A DNA stretch of 62,755 bases, filler included, from Rhabdomonas costata (taxonomy: Eukaryota), in NCBI GenBank assembly GCA_019059605.1. It is 41 parts of 41 records of this genome, joined end to end, with 100 filler letters (N's around TTAATTAATTAA, not from the genome) between each part and the next. Parts side by side here need not be neighbours in the genome. Positions count along the whole stretch, not along the records: positions 22,999 to 24,431 come from JAHMHO010016087.1; positions 24,532 to 25,964 come from JAHMHO010016088.1; positions 26,065 to 27,497 come from JAHMHO010016089.1; positions 27,598 to 29,030 come from JAHMHO010016090.1; positions 29,131 to 30,561 come from JAHMHO010016091.1; positions 30,662 to 32,094 come from JAHMHO010016092.1; positions 32,195 to 33,627 come from JAHMHO010016093.1; positions 33,728 to 35,160 come from JAHMHO010016094.1; 33 more parts are not named here. One strand, 5' to 3'. The number at the start of each line of letters is the position of its first letter. The first letter of the stretch is position 1. The notes beneath the pieces were generated by a model. That model worked only from the letters and a program-made list of their open reading frames with translations. It made no database searches and was not told the DNA's origin. A program made the translations under genes and the position numbers. This document shows positions 23,732-35,488 of this stretch, piece after piece.

Positions 23732-26700
23732 TCCAGAAATTGGGAACAGAGATGGTACAGAAGAGTGAAATGAAGAGAGAGCTGCACTGAAGAGAGCTCC
23801 GCGAAAGGAGCGCCCATTAAAACTGCAGGCACAGCTGCTGCCCGTGAAAGGTGAACGGGTATTGTACCCATATTGGACGCCCGTCAATGTCTATTCAGAA
23901 TCACAATACAATTCACTACTCAGGAGGTGATCACTTCAGCTAAGTGGTCGCACTACTGTGGGTGAGAGAAGGATACACCTGAATCGTTCTCATGAATCCC
24001 TGCATTTTAATTTTTCGTCTGGGAATATGCTGCTTAGCAGAAGTTGTGGGAGGGTCGGCAGGAAGGGACCCTTCGCTTGGCCATAAGAAAAGCGAAAAGC
24101 CAAGCAACACCTCACCGACACCTGGCAAACCCACGAGAAGCCTCCCGTTCGTTTGGACACAACAGACACAAGTACAATGTGGAAGGTGGCAGGTCGTGGG
24201 ACACCATGCGCCGTGGGCCCAGACCGACGGGTGTAAACCTCAAGGCACAAGAGGAGGTCTGGAAACCATTGACCTCCCACAAAGAAAAAGCCCGCCTGTG
24301 GAGGACATCATCGGTGTCCACCGGCACAACTCCCGCAGAAGCTGCAAAAAACCGTTTCCCACAACCAGTACTCACCCAGAGGTTCTCCGCCATTTGCGAA
24401 CCCAGCCCTCGTCGCCTTCAGCTCAGACTACNNNNNNNNNNNNNNNNNNNNNNNNNNNNNNNNNNNNNNNNNNNNTTAATTAATTAANNNNNNNNNNNNN
24501 NNNNNNNNNNNNNNNNNNNNNNNNNNNNNNNTGTTGTTGGGAGATTTTCCTAGAAAGCAAGAAAAAAGATGGTGACCAAAACCATCCCCGCACAAAAACA
24601 AATCCAAATCAATTCTTTCTCACAAATGCTTTGCTTTGTATGCAGGGCGTAGCCAGCAGAGCGCACCATTCGGTTGGCCGTTTTCTTGAAGAAACTGAAG
24701 AACGTATTGCGCTTGCCTCCTTGGTCCTTTACACGGCTGTTGCATTTGTTGGGGCGGCGCGCGTTAACGGTTCACGGAATTTAACATCCAACGGTGCTAA
24801 ACTCTTATCCCGATAAAAAAGTGAAACCTAAGTGTAGGCCTGCAAGCGACACGCTTTAGGAGTAGAGGACACCGTATAACTTTTTCGCAATGAAGTCGAA
24901 AAGGTCGCCGTTGGTGGAAGATTTCCTTTTCTGTAGGGGTTGCTCTTTCAGCCGGCCTTCGCTCGTTTATGGTGAAGCAGACAAAACCTGACTTATATTT
25001 GGGGGGAGCATCATCCTACGGTATGTACTTCTCATCTGAATTTTGATGGCAGTGTTTGCAGACAATCCGCCATGGGGCTTGGCACACGCTGCATACAAAC
25101 ACAATGAAGGAAAGGTCCGAAGTCTGTTGACACAGGCGCTTGGGCTGTATTAATAAAGAATGAAATCGGTTTTATGTCAAACGGAAATCAACGTGTAGCA
25201 AGTAATACCCCCTCCCCCGAAAACAGAAAAGTGCGCAACGATTTCCGATGGGTTTTCACCGTGACCTTCAACCACGAGCTTCTTTGACGACGTTGCAGGT
25301 CCTCTTTTACCGTAAACCAAAATTTATTACTGCACGCTGTGGCCTGTTTAAGAAGGCGTGAGAAAACGATTCAAGGCTTGTTTTTCCTGAGACGAAAGGC
25401 TCTACACTTGCGCATCCTCCTACCACAATGGGCCCGCTCAGTTAGAAAAGACTAAGGAGGAAAGGAAACCCACACGTAACAAGCTCTAGCCACCGATCTA
25501 TGGACGATAAGTTACCAACTTCCCCGTATACCCTCTATCCGCAAAAATGTCGCCACACGCTTGCACTCCGCTCATGTCGATCGGTATAAGGTCGATAGAA
25601 AAACAACGTAGCAAAAGTGGAAAAACGAGGCAACAAGCTTTCTGAGCTAGGAAAGTTGCAAGCCTCAAGTTCGGGTAACGAAGCCCTTACGTAACCTCCC
25701 CCCCCAACAAGCTTTGGCCACAAGTCCAACGACAACAACTTACCTACCGGCGGTCACACCCCTTTCAGGAATTCTCTTGAAACTCACCCCGGCCACATCA
25801 CCACAAAAAAAGGTCCATTTGCAAATAAAAATATTATGCACAGAGAGGGGTAAACAAACCATGCTTACGTCACATCGTTCATAAAAAAACGGCAGGCCAA
25901 TGGCAGAGAGAGAGGAAGGGCAAACAGGTGTCATGTGAATGGTTTGAAAAGGTGCCCCACACACNNNNNNNNNNNNNNNNNNNNNNNNNNNNNNNNNNNN
26001 NNNNNNNNTTAATTAATTAANNNNNNNNNNNNNNNNNNNNNNNNNNNNNNNNNNNNNNNNNNNNGTGTGGGGTTCAGTTCAGCTGCGAAACAAAAAAAGA
26101 AGTGTGTGTGTGTGTGTGAGGACAGCTCTGACGACAGTCTGACGACGACCTACTTCGATACTTAGAGGAAAGTCCTACTTTTTCATTAATGCCCTCCACA
26201 TTCTGTTCGCGTGGTTTGGGTCTTGTAAATCAGTATGTAGATGGGGGGGGGTGCCAGAAACCACTGGTGTCGAAACACCAACAATGAGTGACTCCAAAAC
26301 AGCGTACAGGGTCCTACAGATCCATGTGAAATTCCTCGCTGATAGGAACCACTGGTGTAGCGCGTCCCAGCTCACCTTACATGAGTCACGGGGTTTCTCT
26401 TCAATACCAGAAAATCTCATCACAACGCAGTTGTGGTGCCCACATATGTGTTGGCGGACATATATGTGCTGGTGTCTAGCCTTGCAAGTAAACGTATAGC
26501 CGTGCTTGGCACCTAGGGCAGGCCGATGAGGATGGAGAAGAAGCGAAGAGAGGCAGATAAGCAAGGGCTTCGCTTTTAAGGCATGGCGGCGGAACCGGAA
26601 GCGGGATGTACTGCCACCGCCCCAAAAATGAATCAACCGACCGCTCTGTTGATAATTCCCCTCGGACATGGAGGAAAGGAACGGAAGGAAAGGTTTCCTG

Positions 26701-26846
26701 TCCTGACAGCGGCGGCAAAACCCGCTATGCCGCTTCTGCACAACAGTGCCAACGCAAGGCCAAGGACGCTGCCGCACAATAAGCGTTCCCTGTGGCAAAA
26801 TGGGCTCTGAAACTGCAGTGCGACAAAGATCGCAATATGACAGATG

Positions 26847-27044
26847 TCAAGATGGCGAGGGGACTGGAAGATACACATTGTGCGGGAACCCTCGGAACGT
26901 TCGCAGACTCACTGTACTGAGGCCTCGGGTGCGCCCCTGGTGAATGCTAATCCCCGCGAGCAGGGCTTGACGCAGTCCAGAGCCCTCCCGGTACATGGGC
27001 TCCTTCAGCAGATCAGCCACCGGCATCCACTCTGCGGCGGAGAC
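26847..27044 (-). CDS. Probable last exon of a Nudix hydrolase (NUDT6-like)
   Basis: VSAAEWMPVADLL resembles the C-terminal strand/helix of Nudix proteins; tttgcag acceptor and TGA stop. The Nudix box itself is not in the contig. Confidence 0.45.
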   Translation of the reverse strand, partial: VSAAEWMPVADLLKEPMYREGSGLRQALLAGISIHQGRTRGLSTVSLRTFRGFPHNVYLPVPSPS

Positions 27045-28130
27045 CTGCAAACGGAAAGATCAATTCTGACAACGAAATCCACATCATGTGTGCAGAACAA
27101 ACTGGCTCGTAGCTGGAAACAATGCACACACCCGTTTGCTAAAGCTCAATCAACATATCGGTGCCTCCACAAGCAGTGCAGAGCAGTCACCACAAAGTCA
27201 CTTCCACTTGATGAAAACGTGCCATGTTGAATGCTCAGTAAATGAATTTATAAAAAAAGCAGTTTGATTTAGATATTCAGCGCAACGCCCTCACTTATCA
27301 AAAACGAACAAGAAAAGAGCACATCAAAAACACACGGCAACACACCACAACCCACAGAAAGTGCTTCACATTCATTTTGATCCACACGTTCCTTCCAATA
27401 ATACGGGGAGTACAACCCGAAGAAGAGTCCTGGACTCAAGAACACATGCAGGATGCTGCAGTTTCAATGGTTCACACTTAAACATTCCGATTCTTTCNNN
27501 NNNNNNNNNNNNNNNNNNNNNNNNNNNNNNNNNNNNNNNNNTTAATTAATTAANNNNNNNNNNNNNNNNNNNNNNNNNNNNNNNNNNNNNNNNNNNNTGT
27601 GGGTGTGTTTGGGGTTGTGTTTCAGCTGATGCAGTACACGGCCACGAATGTTGGAGGGGGGGTTGAGGAGGAGGGTAGAGAAAGAGGAGAAGGGCCGAAG
27701 CCCCGGATTAAATGGCGAGCGACCGCGCGAGCGACCAGAAATGACAGGCGCCGACTGAGGCAGAGAAAGCTCTCAAAAGCCGGCAGGCCCGTCGACATGC
27801 TCACCCCATGTGACCAACGCTCTTGCTCCTGGCACTGGTGGTCTCAGCGACAACCGGGAGAAAGCCCCACCCCGCTGCCCGACAGACCTCCTCCGACTCG
27901 ACCGACCGATGTGCGCGATGCTCTGCGGCAACGCCCGCGAACGTCCCCGCAAAGGAAGAGTTGAGGAAAAACCAATTTTGTGTGACAAGCTCTCCAACAA
28001 CGATGCAACGACGAGACTGTGGCCCATACCAGAAGCAACGAGGCGGTGTAAACGAACTGCCATTCATCGCACCGGTTGGCAGGTTAGGGAATAAAGAAAG
28101 CACCAATTCCAACACAAGAGATAATGCGAC

Positions 28131-28295
28131 CTGCGCGGGAAAATCTGAGCCAAGGGTGGCCTTCTCCTCAGTATATTTCTCTGCGTTGTTGATTTGGTAA
28201 ATCCCCACGGCGGAAGCCGCGATGTAGACCTGGGGCGGGGCTTTCTTCATCGCCTCGAGGAGGGCCTCTCCTGTCTCAACTCGGCTGCGCAGAAC
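28131..28295 (-). CDS. SDR39U1: TIGR01777/SDR39U1-family epimerase-like SDR, internal exon
   Basis: VLRSRVETGEALLEAMKKAPPQVYIAASAVGIY...YTEE...GSDFPAQ; AG/GT bounded. Confidence 0.8.
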
Positions 28296-29692
28296 CTGTC
28301 ACGGAAAAATTCCAAACCAATAACCTGGAACCAGAGCAGAGCAGAGCAGAGCAGAGCCGGACATAAGCGATGAGAATGAGAATGAGAAGTCCCCGAGAGC
28401 TTCTATTTCTGAATGAAGGTTTGGAATGGTCTTGCAGGATGCGCGGGCTCCCTTAAATCGTTATATCACATACAAAACGCATTCGCTGCGAGCTTCAGCA
28501 ATGCACACTGCGGAATTGAGCAAATTCCACCAATTTCCCAACAAGCGTTGCCCCGGGCTTGAGAACAAGGTCTGCCGCGCTTCCACACAGACACACAGAA
28601 AGACATGACTGCAAACCAGCTCCTTGTGGCCAGCCGTCCATCTCGGGATATTCAGAATGGAATGCCCTGCCAGCTGGATCACTGCATCCGTCTTTGAAGG
28701 GAGCCCGCTCGCCTTCAACTGATCCCATGAGATGGCAGAGGGTCTGAAAGTGATAGCAATTTGTATGCTTCATGGCCATACAAAGCAAGAGCAAACCGGG
28801 ATGAAACCAGTAACCTAAATCGGATTGACAATGTTTAATTGCGATTTATTGAGACTTTGCTCGCAGCGGAACCGTCCTACCCAAAGTGATGCAAAAGTAA
28901 TCACGTCACGAGCACCGCAGGGCAAAATACAGAACTCCACAAGCCAAAAATGCTTCTCACACACATTAAACGGTAGCGACCCAAAGAGAACAGAGGCACA
29001 CCCCCAGCCTTCGGCTTCCGACCCAAACAANNNNNNNNNNNNNNNNNNNNNNNNNNNNNNNNNNNNNNNNNNNNTTAATTAATTAANNNNNNNNNNNNNN
29101 NNNNNNNNNNNNNNNNNNNNNNNNNNNNNNGTTTGGTTGACGCCAAGATTTTCCACAGCACATACATTATTCTGTTTTTATCAGAATTTTGAAAATATTG
29201 CATCGCCATGACTTGAACTGAAGGGATTTGTGTATGATCTGCAGCATGAAAATGAAAGGCAGAGCGACAATGAAAGGCTACGCTCAATTATTCACAGAAC
29301 TTCACAGTCTGCTCATTTCAACATACAGGGAAAACCTTGGCCTACGCTATCCCCTTGCTACAGCGGCTGGTATGTCTGAATGAACGTTCTTATTTGGACT
29401 TTCAGTGGGGATCAGTGGCCTAAGTGGCCTAAGTGCTCATAGCTTAGCAATCTGTAACGGGATAGGAACCGGTGCGGTTTTCTCTCTCACTTCTCCGCCC
29501 TTTTCATTGCTTCTGCTTGCGGGGCTCTACGCTCTGGCCCCAGAAACGTGTTTCTTTTCTGCAAGGCCACTATTATAATTCCGGGATTGAACATTTTGTA
29601 TTGCACAGCTACTGCGCCCTGCAGTGCGAATGCTTGCCAAGGTCCGGATGATTCATGCGTCATTTTCTAGCTCTACCCCACGCTCTGCGCAG

Positions 29693-30319
29693 GTGCAGGA
29701 GTACTGCACCGAGCCCAACCAGCTGTCCCGAGAGGTCGGCACTCTGGCTGTGGTGCTGGCGCCGACGCACGAGCTGGCGCGGCAGTGCCAGAACGTGCTG
29801 ACTAACGTGGCTCGGCCGTTCGTGCGCCTGGTGGTGGGCGCCCTGATGGGGGGCCAGAACGACCACCACGAGAAGGCCAGGCTGCGCAAGGGCTTGCCCA
29901 TTCTGGTGCTTTTTTATTGCGCATATGTTTGTATGATGTGCTCGTTGATGTACATCTGTGTATGCCTGGCCCCCGAATTTTGGATGTCTTTGAGTGTTTG
30001 AAAATGTGGTGGACCCGTTTCCCTTTGAGGAAGTGAACGCTCTTTGTAATTTTGCATCGGTGAGCTCTCACACACACTCGTCTAGTATGGCACCGCTCTC
30101 CACCCTAGGAATCCCTGTAGTGCAATGTTGCTTGTGCTGAGCTGGGTTCTGGGGTGATTGCGGGGTGGGGTTCTTCTCGTGGTTCCCCCCTGGTCAGGTT
30201 TACGTTTGCTGTCCACTCCGTTTTTCCATTAGGTTGCCACTCCCGGCCGACTGGTGCACCACCTGCGGGTGACCGCTTCCTTCCGGGTTAGCAACTTGGC
30301 CTACGTCGTGTATGACGAG
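29693..30319 (+). CDS. DBP7: DEAD-box RNA helicase DBP7/DDX31, two internal exons
   Basis: VVLAPTHELARQ, MGG...HEKARLRKGLPIL | VATPGRLVHHL...VVYDE; EKARLRKG is characteristic of this subfamily. Exons 29693-29905 and 30233-30319. Confidence 0.9.
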
Positions 30320-30667
30320 GTGACGATGTGTCCTGATTCTGTGCAGTCCCTCGCACGCACACTAGGGAAGGCGGAAGCGCTACAGTAGAATGTGGGATCA
30401 TTTCCAAAACTTCTTCACATCCAAAATTATGAGACACCGTAAGGTAAACGTCTCATTCCTAATGAAAAAAACTTGTGCTTCTTGCGGCTGTGGTATTGCG
30501 ACTGGTACAAGCCAGGGACATCAGGTGGTATAAGCCCACTTGCGGCACTGCACCACCACAANNNNNNNNNNNNNNNNNNNNNNNNNNNNNNNNNNNNNNN
30601 NNNNNTTAATTAATTAANNNNNNNNNNNNNNNNNNNNNNNNNNNNNNNNNNNNNNNNNNNNTTTGGT

Positions 30668-30740
30668 TCCACTTTGTTATGGACTTTCGTGCGTGTCTAG
30701 GATAACCTTTTGCACGCACGAAAGTCCATAACAAAGTGGA
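30668..30740. repeat. Contig-terminal inverted repeat, 28-bp perfect arms
   Basis: 30668-30695 is the reverse complement of 30713-30740; it extends 5 more bp after one mismatch to the contig start. Confidence 0.95.
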
Positions 30741-30864
30741 GCCAAAGAAACGCGCATGCCCACGTCCGCCTACGTTCGAGTTTGAGATAGTCATCATTAT
30801 TGCAAGTGTTTGCATGTCGCGTCTTGTGTGGCAGAGGGGGTGTAGGCGGGGAGGTGGCGCAGGC

Positions 30865-31828
30865 CTGCAGGTGCTGCACGGCGTTGTTCTCGGTGAACCG
30901 CAGGGAGGCCTGCAGCACACGCATCGCGGCGACACGGCGGGTGACCTTGCTCAGCGGGATGCACCAGTCCATCTCGACCAATTGCTTGCACGTCTCCGGC
31001 AGCCACCGCCGCACAGACTCCGCGACGGCCATCCGAGTGCCTGCCGAGACCCGTGCCAAAGTGAAAGTGAGGACAACGGTCTTCATCAAAACTGCAGTCT
31101 TCGGGGACATGACAGTTGTTGATGCCACCAATCCAATCCGAACGAACAGGCTAACGCTGCCTGAAATCAATGCGAATGCGAATGCGAATCCCTTCTTTTT
31201 GTTCGGATGCGAATGTCATCCGAACAAATAGAAGGGCAGTAAACTGACTGAAATTGAAAGAGGGATATCAACGCTCCAAGAAGACGGTGTCTCAGGCATA
31301 AGCCGTTTGTTGCTGCTGCTGAACCAATAAAAACAGAAAAAAAACGCGTCAGAGACCAAGGCTGGGGCGGAAGCTGGGTTGCTCAAAGGTGGACGTTGTG
31401 GCGAACTTGGTCATGTCGGGGTAGGTGTCTTCCGAATACCACATGATATCCTTCAGCGAGACCCTCCTCTTGTCCAAGCTGAGCACCCAACCCCACACTC
31501 AGATCAAACCACAGATCATTACCACAACCCCTCACCACTGCAAGTACCAGCGAACCCACGGATCGATAGTAACTTGACGTAGCTTTGGAGAGCCAAGAAG
31601 ACGTACAGCTAAAACCAGTCAACGAAGAGTACCCACACAGTACCCTCCGTCACCAAGGGTCCCTGTTGTCCCTCCCTCTGTGCTACCAAAATCTCCCACC
31701 TGTCGACGATCGAGATATCTTCGTTGTCCAGCATGTAGTACCGCCCCACCTCCTCCAGCACTCCGCGGGCCTGCTCGCGCACCGTGGCGCTGGAGTCCGT
31801 CAGGCACAGCAGCACCATCGGGAGCAGC
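30865..31828 (-). CDS. DNAAF5: Axonemal dynein assembly factor 5 (HEATR2)-like HEAT-repeat protein, three internal exons
   Basis: LLPMVLLCLTDSSATVREQARGVLEEVGRYYMLDNED | ...FRPSLG | TRMAV...DW...RRVAAMRVLQASLRFTENNAVQHLQ follows the DNAAF5 pattern as I recall it. Exons 31828-31700, 31466-31357 and 31040-30865 join in frame. Confidence 0.72.
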
Positions 31829-32280
31829 CTGCACGGCGGTGGAGGCGCAGGTGAGAGGCACATAGAGAGCTGGAGAGTCTGCCTGTAGTGTCGCACTGGA
31901 GACAACGATTTCTGAACGCCATATCTGACAGCACAAGGGCAGTTTACCGAAGACCAAAACGCGCCTGCACGGACCGATTCCCGGCATCAAGTGGATAGGA
32001 GACAATGGGAGGGCGATGGCTTCCCCACCAAACCCTCAAAAACATAACATCGAAACTCAAATTCCGGGCTACCCACATAACGCACGATCAGCGANNNNNN
32101 NNNNNNNNNNNNNNNNNNNNNNNNNNNNNNNNNNNNNNTTAATTAATTAANNNNNNNNNNNNNNNNNNNNNNNNNNNNNNNNNNNNNNNNNNNNTGGTGT
32201 GTTGGGGGTTGGAGTCAGGGGGCTGTCTTTTGGAATGCCGGAGCCTGCAGCACAGCTCCGGCCCCCTTCCCAATACTTCA

Positions 32281-32514
32281 ATGGGCTCAGGTCCAATGAG
32301 AGTACTGTGCGACCGCAAGGGCGAGAGCTCTTACTTGGTCCTGAGCGGGGCCACCCCCACTGTGGGGGCACGCACGTGGGCCACACTGCGGCAGCGCCAC
32401 GGCGTAGAAGTGGTGCCCAAGCTTTGTCCTCGCCTCATGGGCGGGAAGGCTTGCCACCATGGGGAGCGGTGCCTGTTCATCCATCCTGTCGATGCCCTCT
32501 CTGTTCTGCAAACG
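32281..32514 (+). CDS. CCCH zinc-finger protein exon
   Basis: CPRLMGGKACHHGERCLFIH is an exact C-x8-C-x5-C-x3-H motif. Confidence 0.7.
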
Positions 32515-34249
32515 GTTCCACCTGCGCACACAAACCTCAGTCGTTCCTGTTTATTTCGGAAGCTAGGAACCCATGAAGAGTGGGTTTTCGCTCGTTGGTT
32601 GTGTGCATCTTTGCCCTGTCATTTGCATTCCTTATTTCTCTGCAGTCGATGCTCTTTCGTCTCACTCTAGCGCGGTCAAATGGCGAAACAAAGAGACAAG
32701 GGACTTTGTCAGCAAACCCATTACATGCGGGCAAATGTGGCCGGTTGCTGTCCCCACACACAAGTCCAAACACAAGAACTGTTCAAGAGACAGAGTACAA
32801 AGTCCTCTTCGACTACTGCTCATCTACTACTTCTACTGCTCATAGTTTACAAGGTGATGGCTTTGGACTGCTTTTTTTTAAGCCATTACTTTTTGTTGCT
32901 TTAGTACCGGTTTTTGTGGAACCCTTTCAGAAAGCCAGTGACGCTGCATGCTTTCTTTGCTGGTGTGCATTTGCTATTGTCTTTGCCATCGGGGCTGATA
33001 TTTATTCGGGTAGTCCTATGGCCCGTCCCCGCGGGCTTTTCTCTCAGGCGCAGCGCGTGGCAGCCTCTCCGGAGGGTCGAAGCTGCGGGTGGCACAGCCT
33101 AGCCAAGGCCTTTCCCAACCTGCCCAGGGAGGAGATCGCTCAGCTGGACTCCATGGGGCTCAGCACCCTCAGTGACCTGGCCAACCTGCGCGCCGATCTC
33201 CCTCTCCCGTCGCAGGTGCGCATCCCTGCTGCGTGGCCTGCGCGAGCGCTGCCACCAGCTCTGGTGTCTTGTTATTTTAGAAGAGGAAGCACTCTTCGAT
33301 GCACAACGACACAACGTGTGGGCATTGCCGCTGCGTGGCCTAGGAGATGGTGCACTTGCTCATCATCGGCACATCGGCACAATCGATGCATTGCGGCTGT
33401 TCCGCTCCTCCACTCCACGTCGTTGACACTGCGTTGCCTTGTTAGCGTTGAGTTTTCTCTGCGGAAACCATGGCGTGCTCAAGTTGGGGTATTTGTTTCA
33501 ATCTTCACTATGCTTTTCGATGACTCCTTGCTCCCTTCTTTTTCCTGCCTTTTCCTCCGGAACACTGTGTATCAGTTTACAGAACATAATCTTCTCGTCC
33601 TTCGTTCCCTTTCGGAACCCAACCCACNNNNNNNNNNNNNNNNNNNNNNNNNNNNNNNNNNNNNNNNNNNNTTAATTAATTAANNNNNNNNNNNNNNNNN
33701 NNNNNNNNNNNNNNNNNNNNNNNNNNNTTTTTTTGGTTTCGAACCTCACCACGCGCACAATTTCAGGGAAGCTGGTCAAAGTCACGGTCGGAGACAGTCC
33801 CTGAGAAAATTTTGCGCGTCACCGTTGTCTCGGCCTCAAATCTTCCCGTCACAGGTGTGCTTTTTGACTTTTTTTTTTTTGGCTTTTTGACGCTGCCGTA
33901 TCGTGCAACAGGTCACATGAATCGCCAACATGGCGGCTGCATGCAAAAACTTCGGAACGGTACCTAACGGGTTCCGTGATCGCGTGGAACCGTTTTACGC
34001 CGAGTGCTGGGTACATTTTTCACATGCACGTATGTTAAGTTGCTCTCATTTGAGCGTTGTTCGAGCCTCGGAGAGGGGACGCAGAGATTCTCATGTGAAG
34101 CAAAGCAGAAGCAAAGAAGAAGCAAAGCAGAAGCAAAGCATAGCAAGTAAACGTGTCCATCACTTTCAAACTATACTGCCTTCAAGCCATGGTCGGAAGT
34201 TGTGGGGGACCCCACACACATGTGAGATCGCTGTTTGTCATAGTCCCTG

Positions 34250-34870
34250 GCTGGAATCGAGGGCTAGATGGGATGTACCGGGGTACCCCCCCCGGCCTAT
34301 GGGCTATAGGCCCTATAGGGCGGCTGGGCCATAGTATAACAAGGTATCCCTATACCGGGAACCCCTCAAGGCCTCATGGCCCAGGTATGGGTGGGACCCC
34401 CCCACAGGTGGGGGCGGACTGTAGGTTGGTTCGGGACTGAGGCTGCTGGAGCTAGGTTATATAGGGCCACTTGAAGGACCCCGTTTTCTGCCCAGGGACG
34501 CTACAAGCCAGGCCTGCGGGCCGGCTGGACCATAGCATACCAGGGTACTCTATACCGGGAACCCCTCAAGGCCCCGTGGCCCAGGTATGGGTGGGACCCC
34601 TCCACAAGTGGGGGCGAGGTGTACGATGGTGCGGGTGTGGGGTTGCGCGAGCGAGTCTAGATAGGGCGACTCGAAGTTGCCGCTTTGCTGCCTATGGGCT
34701 CTAAAGGCGACGCCTATGGGCTGGCTGGACTATACTATACCAGAGTACGTCTATACCGGGAACCCGTCGAGGCCCCATGACCCAGCTATGGGTGGGTTCC
34801 ACCCCGATGTGGTGGAGAACGTTTGTGGTGTCTCCGAGGCTCGATTCCCCTGGAAGCCCGGTACGGACGC
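34250..34870. repeat. Diverged ~200-bp tandem repeat, about 3 copies
   Basis: Anchor CTATACCGGGAACCC at 34350, 34550 and 34751; flanking sequence aligns between copies. Confidence 0.9.
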
Positions 34871-35409
34871 CCCTAGACGTCCTATTTCGCCTGCGAAAGG
34901 GTTCTGTGAGATATGGTAGAAGAGAAAGATGATGGAAAACATTTTTATGTGCTTGGTGAGCAGCGTTCGTTATTCATGAATAGCGAACCTTACTCACGGT
35001 GAATTGATTAAATGAATAGGGGGGAGGGAGGGAAGGACGAAAGAGTCCGCTCCTTGCCGCTCCTTGAGACCCCTCATTTGCATGGGTGGGATAATACGGC
35101 GCTTCAGGCGCAGATGCACCCCAGCACTACCAACCCTTCTTTTTGGGTATCCAAAACCCCNNNNNNNNNNNNNNNNNNNNNNNNNNNNNNNNNNNNNNNN
35201 NNNNTTAATTAATTAANNNNNNNNNNNNNNNNNNNNNNNNNNNNNNNNNNNNNNNNNNNNTTTGTTGGGTATTAGCATTAGGCTCCATCCAGAACCACAG
35301 CAAAAACGAAGATGGTCGGGTGCTGTGCAACATTACCTGAATGCAAGCAAAGAAATACTTGTACGGATCCAATGCACGGCGTGTGGCGCCTGAGTGAGTG
35401 CGTATGTTG

Positions 35410-35488
35410 GTGAGTGAGTGAGCGAGTGAGTGAGTGAGTGAGTGAGTGAGTGAGTGAGTGAGTGAGTGAGTGAGTGAGTGAGTGAGTG
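35410..35488 (+). repeat. (GAGT)n tetranucleotide microsatellite
   Basis: About 19 near-perfect copies. Confidence 0.95.

Noticed and set aside
24532..25964. Possible decayed transposon in an ORF-poor contig
   Set aside because: No recognisable transposase, RT or recombinase motif in the frames I read.
29409..29480. tRNA-like start GGATCAGTGGCCTAAGTGGCCTAAG
   Set aside because: No T-arm/B-box or acceptor-stem partner; explained by a 9-bp tandem duplication.
34250..34870. CRISPR-like conserved/variable alternation
   Set aside because: The variable halves are homologous to each other, units are 200 bp, and there are no cas genes.
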